Shown here: positions 59,953-64,000 of the stretch, piece by piece
Layout: each line of letters opens with the position of its first letter
Position numbering within the stretch: the stretch's first letter is position 1
Source: Spirochaetia bacterium
Lineage (GTDB): Bacteria > Spirochaetota > Spirochaetia > UBA9216
Direction: 5' to 3'
NCBI GenBank assembly: GCA_963677925.2
Contig: CAXXYH010000003.1
Coordinates: 1,024,001 to 1,088,000 of the forward strand
Length of the DNA stretch: 64,000 nt
Position numbers and translations under genes: made by a program
The notes under the pieces: generated by a model
Seen by the model: the letters and a program-made list of their open reading frames with translations, nothing else
Database searches by the model: none
Told to the model about the DNA's origin: nothing

Positions 59953-60447
59953 TTAACCATTACCTCTCTCTATTGCCATTATTTTATTGATTCTGGGCCA
60001 GTGTCTTCCGCCCTCAAACCTTGTCTCAAGCCATACCTTGCACATCTCACACAGCTCTTCCGGGCTGTGCAGAGGACCTCCAAGGGTCAGCACGTTTGCA
60101 TTGTTATGCACCCTGCTGTTTTCTATTGTACGCATGTTATAGCATAAGGCGGCTCTGATTCCCTTCACCTTGTTGCAGGCCATGGAGGAGCCTATTCCCG
60201 CTCCGTCTATCATAATACCGCGCTCGGCTTCCCCGCTGGCAACGCTCTTTGCCACCTTAAGTGCGTAGTCGGGATAGTCTACACTATCTGTTGAATATGT
60301 TCCAACATCTATGACCCTGTACCCGAGAACTTCAAGATATTTTTTCAGGATTTCTTTTGACATATATCCGCCGTGATCTCCGCCTATTGCGACACGGGAC
60401 ACATTCTCTTTCCTGTTTGCAGCTGTAAAATCTGTTTCACCGTACAT
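59953..60447 (-). CDS. rpiB: RpiB/LacA/LacB family sugar-phosphate isomerase
   Basis: DHGG, DYPD, DGAGIG, NKVKGIRAA, HNNAN, FEGGRH. Confidence 0.9.
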   Translation of the reverse strand: MYGETDFTAANRKENVSRVAIGGDHGGYMSKEILKKYLEVLGYRVIDVGTYSTDSVDYPDYALKVAKSVASGEAERGIMIDGAGIGSSMACNKVKGIRAALCYNMRTIENSRVHNNANVLTLGGPLHSPEELCEMCKVWLETRFEGGRHWPRINKIMAIERGNG

Positions 60448-60728
60448 TACTTACCTTCTTTTACCATATCTACGCGATCTACGATTGCCGCTGTTACAGT
60501 CCTGATAGGCTGAGAGCTCATCCCGAGCATAATACCCGCTGATCCGCCTTCATCTATAATCAAAACTGTATCACCCGCTCCGGCCTGAACAGTGTCAACA
60601 GCAACAATTTCCTTACCAATGATATTTCCTTCAGGGTCAATCTGCCTGAGAATCAGAAGCTTCTGACTTTCAAGTTTCCTGCTTTTCTGGGTTGAAACAA
60701 CCGTGCCGGTAACCTTTGCAAGTATCAT
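60447..60728 (-). CDS. BMC pentamer (EutN/CcmL)
   Basis: V.GTVVSTQK, VAVDTVQAGAGD.VL. Confidence 0.92.
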   Translation of the reverse strand: MILAKVTGTVVSTQKSRKLESQKLLILRQIDPEGNIIGKEIVAVDTVQAGAGDTVLIIDEGGSAGIMLGMSSQPIRTVTAAIVDRVDMVKEGK

Positions 60729-60997
60729 GATTCCGCCCTGTCTATTCTGTCAATAATTCCAAGTACAGCCGCATCAGAAGGGTTAAACCAGTTATCCAGT
60801 GCAAGAGCAGCTTCGCGTCCGCCCTCATAGATAACAGTATCACCGGGCCCAGCCTGAACTGTATCACAGGCAACAACGGGGCTTCCGCTTTCTTTCATTT
60901 GATCATCAAGCGGCTGAACAAGCAGAAATTTTATCCCTTCAAGCGATTCATCCTTTCTGGTGCATATCACCGTACCGGTGACTCTTCCTATTTTCAT
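60725..60997 (-). CDS. BMC pentamer (EutN/CcmL)
   Basis: V.GTVICTRK, DTVQAGPGD, DAAVLGIID. Confidence 0.92.
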   Translation of the reverse strand: MKIGRVTGTVICTRKDESLEGIKFLLVQPLDDQMKESGSPVVACDTVQAGPGDTVIYEGGREAALALDNWFNPSDAAVLGIIDRIDRAES

Positions 60998-61009
60998 GTC
61001 CCGGCTCCC

Positions 61010-62431
61010 TTATACTATTCTGAAATAATCAATAAGCGCACATCGTCTTTCCCGGGTAAATGTTCTGGCCCTTGTAAAGCCTTCCCCGGTTGGACTTGCA
61101 ATGGTAAAGGAGGTGTATCCTGCACCGCCGGTTCCCATTCCGTTGAAATTGGAACCGTTTTTCACAAACAGTGAGCAGTTGATTACCCTTGCCATCTTTG
61201 AAAGTTTTGCAATATTCATTGAGTGCATTGATGCCGAATGCCGGAAACCGTGTTCAACCTCAACAGCAAATGATATTGCTTCATCAACATCATCAACCCG
61301 CACAAGAGGCATTACCGGCATAAGCTGTTCGGTCCATACCAGAGGATGGGATCTATCAACTTCACAGAGAAGCAGCTTTGTCTCAGGCGGAACAGTGATT
61401 CCGGCAGCTGCAGCGATGACCGAAGCGTTCCTGCCTACAAACTTCTTGTTTGCAGCGCCCTCATCACCCTTTCGCCCCGGCTTATCTATAACATTGGCAG
61501 TTACGGCTTTGATCTGGTCGCTGTTTAATTCATAGGCGCCGTTTTTAACCATCTCAGCCTTAAGCCTGTCGGCTATAGACCGAACGGCAATAACTTCCTT
61601 CTCGCATATGCAGACTATGTTGTTATCAAAGCTCGCACCGGCAACGATATCCTTTCCCGCCTTTACAAGATCCGCGGTCTCATCGACTATACATGGAGGG
61701 TTGCCCGGACCTGCAGCAATAACCTTCTTGGTTGACTGCATTGCCTGCTTTACAACACCGGGACCGCCGGTAACTGTGAGAAGGTTTATATAGGGATGGG
61801 TCATCAGAACCTGAGCGCTTTCTATAGTAGGATTTGCAACAGTAACTATGATATTATCCGGTCCGCCGGCCTTTTTTACGGCTTCATTGAGAAGCCCCAC
61901 CGCAAAGACTGAGACATTCCTGGCACCCGGATGGGCGTTGAATACAACAGTGTTTCCGGCGGACAGCATGCTTATTGAGTTGTTGATTATGGTTTCGGTC
62001 GGATTTGTGCTTGGTGCAATTGCCCCTATAACTCCGTAGGGAGCCCTTTCAGTCAGGGTGAGGCCGTGATCATCGGTAAAGGTATGCGGCTGCACATCCT
62101 CCACTCCGGGAGTCATTGTCGCTGCAAGGATATTTTTCTTTATCTTATCCTCATAGCGGCCCATTCCGGTTTCTTCAACAGCCATCCGGGCGAATTCTTG
62201 TGCATTGGCAGATGCGGTATCACGAATTGATTGAATCACTGCCCGCCGTATTTCAAGAGATGTCTCCTGAAATACCTGAAATGCCTTATGAGATTCATAA
62301 ATTGCTGTGTTTATATCATCGAAGACACCGGGAACCGGTTTCATTGAATAGGAAACCGTCTTCTCTTTTCCTGAATATCCGCTGACTATTGATGTCACCA
62401 TTTCACGAATGGCTGATTCATTAATTTCCAC
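61010..62431 (-). CDS. CoA-acylating aldehyde dehydrogenase (EutE/PduP type) with encapsulation peptide
   Basis: ETGMG, PSTNPT, TGGPGVV, AGPGNPP, SFDNN..CICEKE, TGEG.T; GTG start. Confidence 0.93.
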   Translation of the reverse strand: MEINESAIREMVTSIVSGYSGKEKTVSYSMKPVPGVFDDINTAIYESHKAFQVFQETSLEIRRAVIQSIRDTASANAQEFARMAVEETGMGRYEDKIKKNILAATMTPGVEDVQPHTFTDDHGLTLTERAPYGVIGAIAPSTNPTETIINNSISMLSAGNTVVFNAHPGARNVSVFAVGLLNEAVKKAGGPDNIIVTVANPTIESAQVLMTHPYINLLTVTGGPGVVKQAMQSTKKVIAAGPGNPPCIVDETADLVKAGKDIVAGASFDNNIVCICEKEVIAVRSIADRLKAEMVKNGAYELNSDQIKAVTANVIDKPGRKGDEGAANKKFVGRNASVIAAAAGITVPPETKLLLCEVDRSHPLVWTEQLMPVMPLVRVDDVDEAISFAVEVEHGFRHSASMHSMNIAKLSKMARVINCSLFVKNGSNFNGMGTGGAGYTSFTIASPTGEGFTRARTFTRERRCALIDYFRIV

Positions 62432-62978
62432 TTACATACCCCTTGATATCACTGTGCGGCACCGGTATTACTACGCTTCGGAAAAGTCTTTCCTTGCCTC
62501 GAAGAACAGCGCATGCGGTTTCAACCGCGTATTCCATATCACCGACAGGACCATTGAGTTTCAACAGACTTTTTCCGCCGGTTTCATTCCCGGCATTTAT
62601 TTCGACAACCTCGACTCCGGCGGCTTTCACCGCGGTATCAGCTGCTTCTATAGCCGATACAATTGAAGTTGTTTCAATCAGGCCCAGAGCATCCCAGTCT
62701 TCAGGCTCCCTCACCTGCTGTACGCAGCCGAGAACAGAATCATCAAGATTTCTAAGGACTGCCCGGTCATATATGGTATCTTCACCCGCTCCATATGCTT
62801 CATTCATAGCAGACTCTACCGAGGCAACATCACCGCATATAATTATCAGAAACTTTCCCGGATTTATAGTTTCAGCACGAAGAATCTCAACCGGGGCCTG
62901 TTTAACCATTGCATCAAGGGCAAAATATCCGTCGGCTATACTCTGGTACTCAAGCAGTCCTACTATTTCTATACTCAT
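62421..62978 (-). CDS. BMC trimer, PduT-like
   Basis: Two tandem BMC domains; TINPGKF; ALGLIET. Confidence 0.88.
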   Translation of the reverse strand: MSIEIVGLLEYQSIADGYFALDAMVKQAPVEILRAETINPGKFLIIICGDVASVESAMNEAYGAGEDTIYDRAVLRNLDDSVLGCVQQVREPEDWDALGLIETTSIVSAIEAADTAVKAAGVEVVEINAGNETGGKSLLKLNGPVGDMEYAVETACAVLRGKERLFRSVVIPVPHSDIKGYVSGN

Positions 62979-63262
62979 TTGCGGAACACAACCTTATCTT
63001 TTTCTTCCACCTGATCAACAATCCCGATAATTATCGCATCTACAGGTTTATCCTTGCTGATTTTAGTCTGCCTGGTTGAGCTGCCCTGAGATAGAAGTAC
63101 AAGCTCACCGGCCGAGGCTCCCAGAGGATCCAGGGCGACAATACCGCCGCTTCCTTCTTTTCCGGAAGTATCACAGGGAATCACCAGCAGGTACCGGGCT
63201 TCATCTATTCCATCGGAACGTATAGCGGACACCACTGTTCCGGCCACCTTTGCAAGCATCAT
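62975..63262 (-). CDS. BMC pentamer (EutN/CcmL)
   Basis: VAGTVVS, VALDPLGA..GE.VL..QGSS.R, DAIIIGIVD. Confidence 0.92.
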   Translation of the reverse strand: MMLAKVAGTVVSAIRSDGIDEARYLLVIPCDTSGKEGSGGIVALDPLGASAGELVLLSQGSSTRQTKISKDKPVDAIIIGIVDQVEEKDKVVFRK

Positions 63263-63564
63263 CCGGCTGCCCCGCCTTTTTTATAGACTATTTTTCCCGA
63301 CATATCATAACTGTCCACTATACCGATGATAGTAGCGTCACTCGGTTTTCCTGCAGTTATATCTGTCTGCCGGCTGCTGCTGCCTCCGACAAAGAAAACG
63401 ATCTCGCCTTCACCGGCGCCGACAGCGTCCATAGCCACCACATAATCTTTTTTGCCTTCAAGAGTCTTTACATCTATCTTTTCAAGAAGGAGCAGTTTTA
63501 TCCCTTCAAGACGGGCTTCCTTTGCAGTCGAAACTACTGAGCCCACTACTCTTGCAAGTACCAT
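63259..63564 (-). CDS. BMC pentamer (EutN/CcmL)
   Basis: VVGSVVSTAK, VAMDAVGAGEGE, GSSSR, DATIIGIVD. Confidence 0.93.
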   Translation of the reverse strand: MVLARVVGSVVSTAKEARLEGIKLLLLEKIDVKTLEGKKDYVVAMDAVGAGEGEIVFFVGGSSSRQTDITAGKPSDATIIGIVDSYDMSGKIVYKKGGAAG

Positions 63565-63566
63565 AA

Positions 63567-63869
63567 TTATTTTTTCCCTTTAGTGTTTCTTCCAAGCGGC
63601 AGAACTTCATCGACACTGGCATGAGGTCTGGGGATAATATGCACGCTGATTACCTCACCGACCCTTTCGGCTGCCCTGCTGCCCGCGTCAAGAGCGGCTC
63701 TTACTGCAGCAACTTCACCGCGGCAGATTGATGTAATAAAACCGCCGCCGATTCTCTTGCATCCTATGAAATCAATATTGGCCGCCTTGGCCATTGCATC
63801 AGAGGCCTCTACCATCGCGGCAAATCCTCTTGTTTCTATCATGCCAAGCGCATTGTTTGTTGTAGACAT
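63567..63869 (-). CDS. BMC hexamer shell protein
   Basis: ALGMIETRG...EASDAMAKAA...RGEVAAV...HIIPRPH. Confidence 0.95.
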   Translation of the reverse strand: MSTTNNALGMIETRGFAAMVEASDAMAKAANIDFIGCKRIGGGFITSICRGEVAAVRAALDAGSRAAERVGEVISVHIIPRPHASVDEVLPLGRNTKGKK

Positions 63870-63882
63870 TTATAAACTCTCC

Positions 63883-64000
63883 TTATAGTGCTTTTCCGCT
63901 GATATCAGCGAGCTTAGACTCTACGGTATCTTTACTTACAAGTACTTCCGATTCTTCACCGGCTATATAGATTCTTCCAAACTTTCCTATGCCCGATACA
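63883..64000 (-). CDS. C-terminus of a CcmP-like (BMC-Tdp) shell trimer, truncated by window edge
   Basis: Hand translation ...VSGIGKFGRIYIAGEESEVLVSKDTVESKLADISGKAL*; matches the FGR.Y..GEE motif of double-stacking trimers. Confidence 0.65.
   Translation of the reverse strand, partial: VSGIGKFGRIYIAGEESEVLVSKDTVESKLADISGKAL

Overview
Gene-dense (~43% GC by eye) chromosomal window. It is most consistent with a free-living anaerobic spirochaete, based on 'FAGGQTE/FAAGSGE'-type signal peptides, PEGA and LysM lipoproteins. No rRNA, tRNA, CRISPR array or IS element was recognised. Contents in order: surface lipoproteins; a LysR-Fe-S flavoprotein-MFS unit; an ACF/Wsp-like chemosensory cluster (2 MCPs, PilZ, CheW x2, CheB, CheR-TPR, CheA-REC, no free CheY) ending in two class III cyclases; a GGDEF cyclase; an F-type ATP synthase operon; a UGSC-type fusion protein; an ECF transporter plus non-pyrrolysine MtmB behind a structured leader; a sigma54-controlled AOR-MoaD; a periplasmic flavinylated reductase pair; a PocR-type regulator with a sugar ABC transporter; and a sugar-phosphate-utilisation (DeoC/RpiB) microcompartment locus running off the right edge. 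Two candidate novel systems stand out. (1) The two cyclases have reciprocal catalytic losses, predicting an obligate C1/C2-like heterodimeric adenylate cyclase as output of the chemosensory pathway. (2) The ATP synthase alpha subunit carries a C-terminal PTS EIIA domain with its phospho-His intact, while epsilon lacks its inhibitory C-terminal domain. All family assignments come from motif recognition by eye, not database searches.
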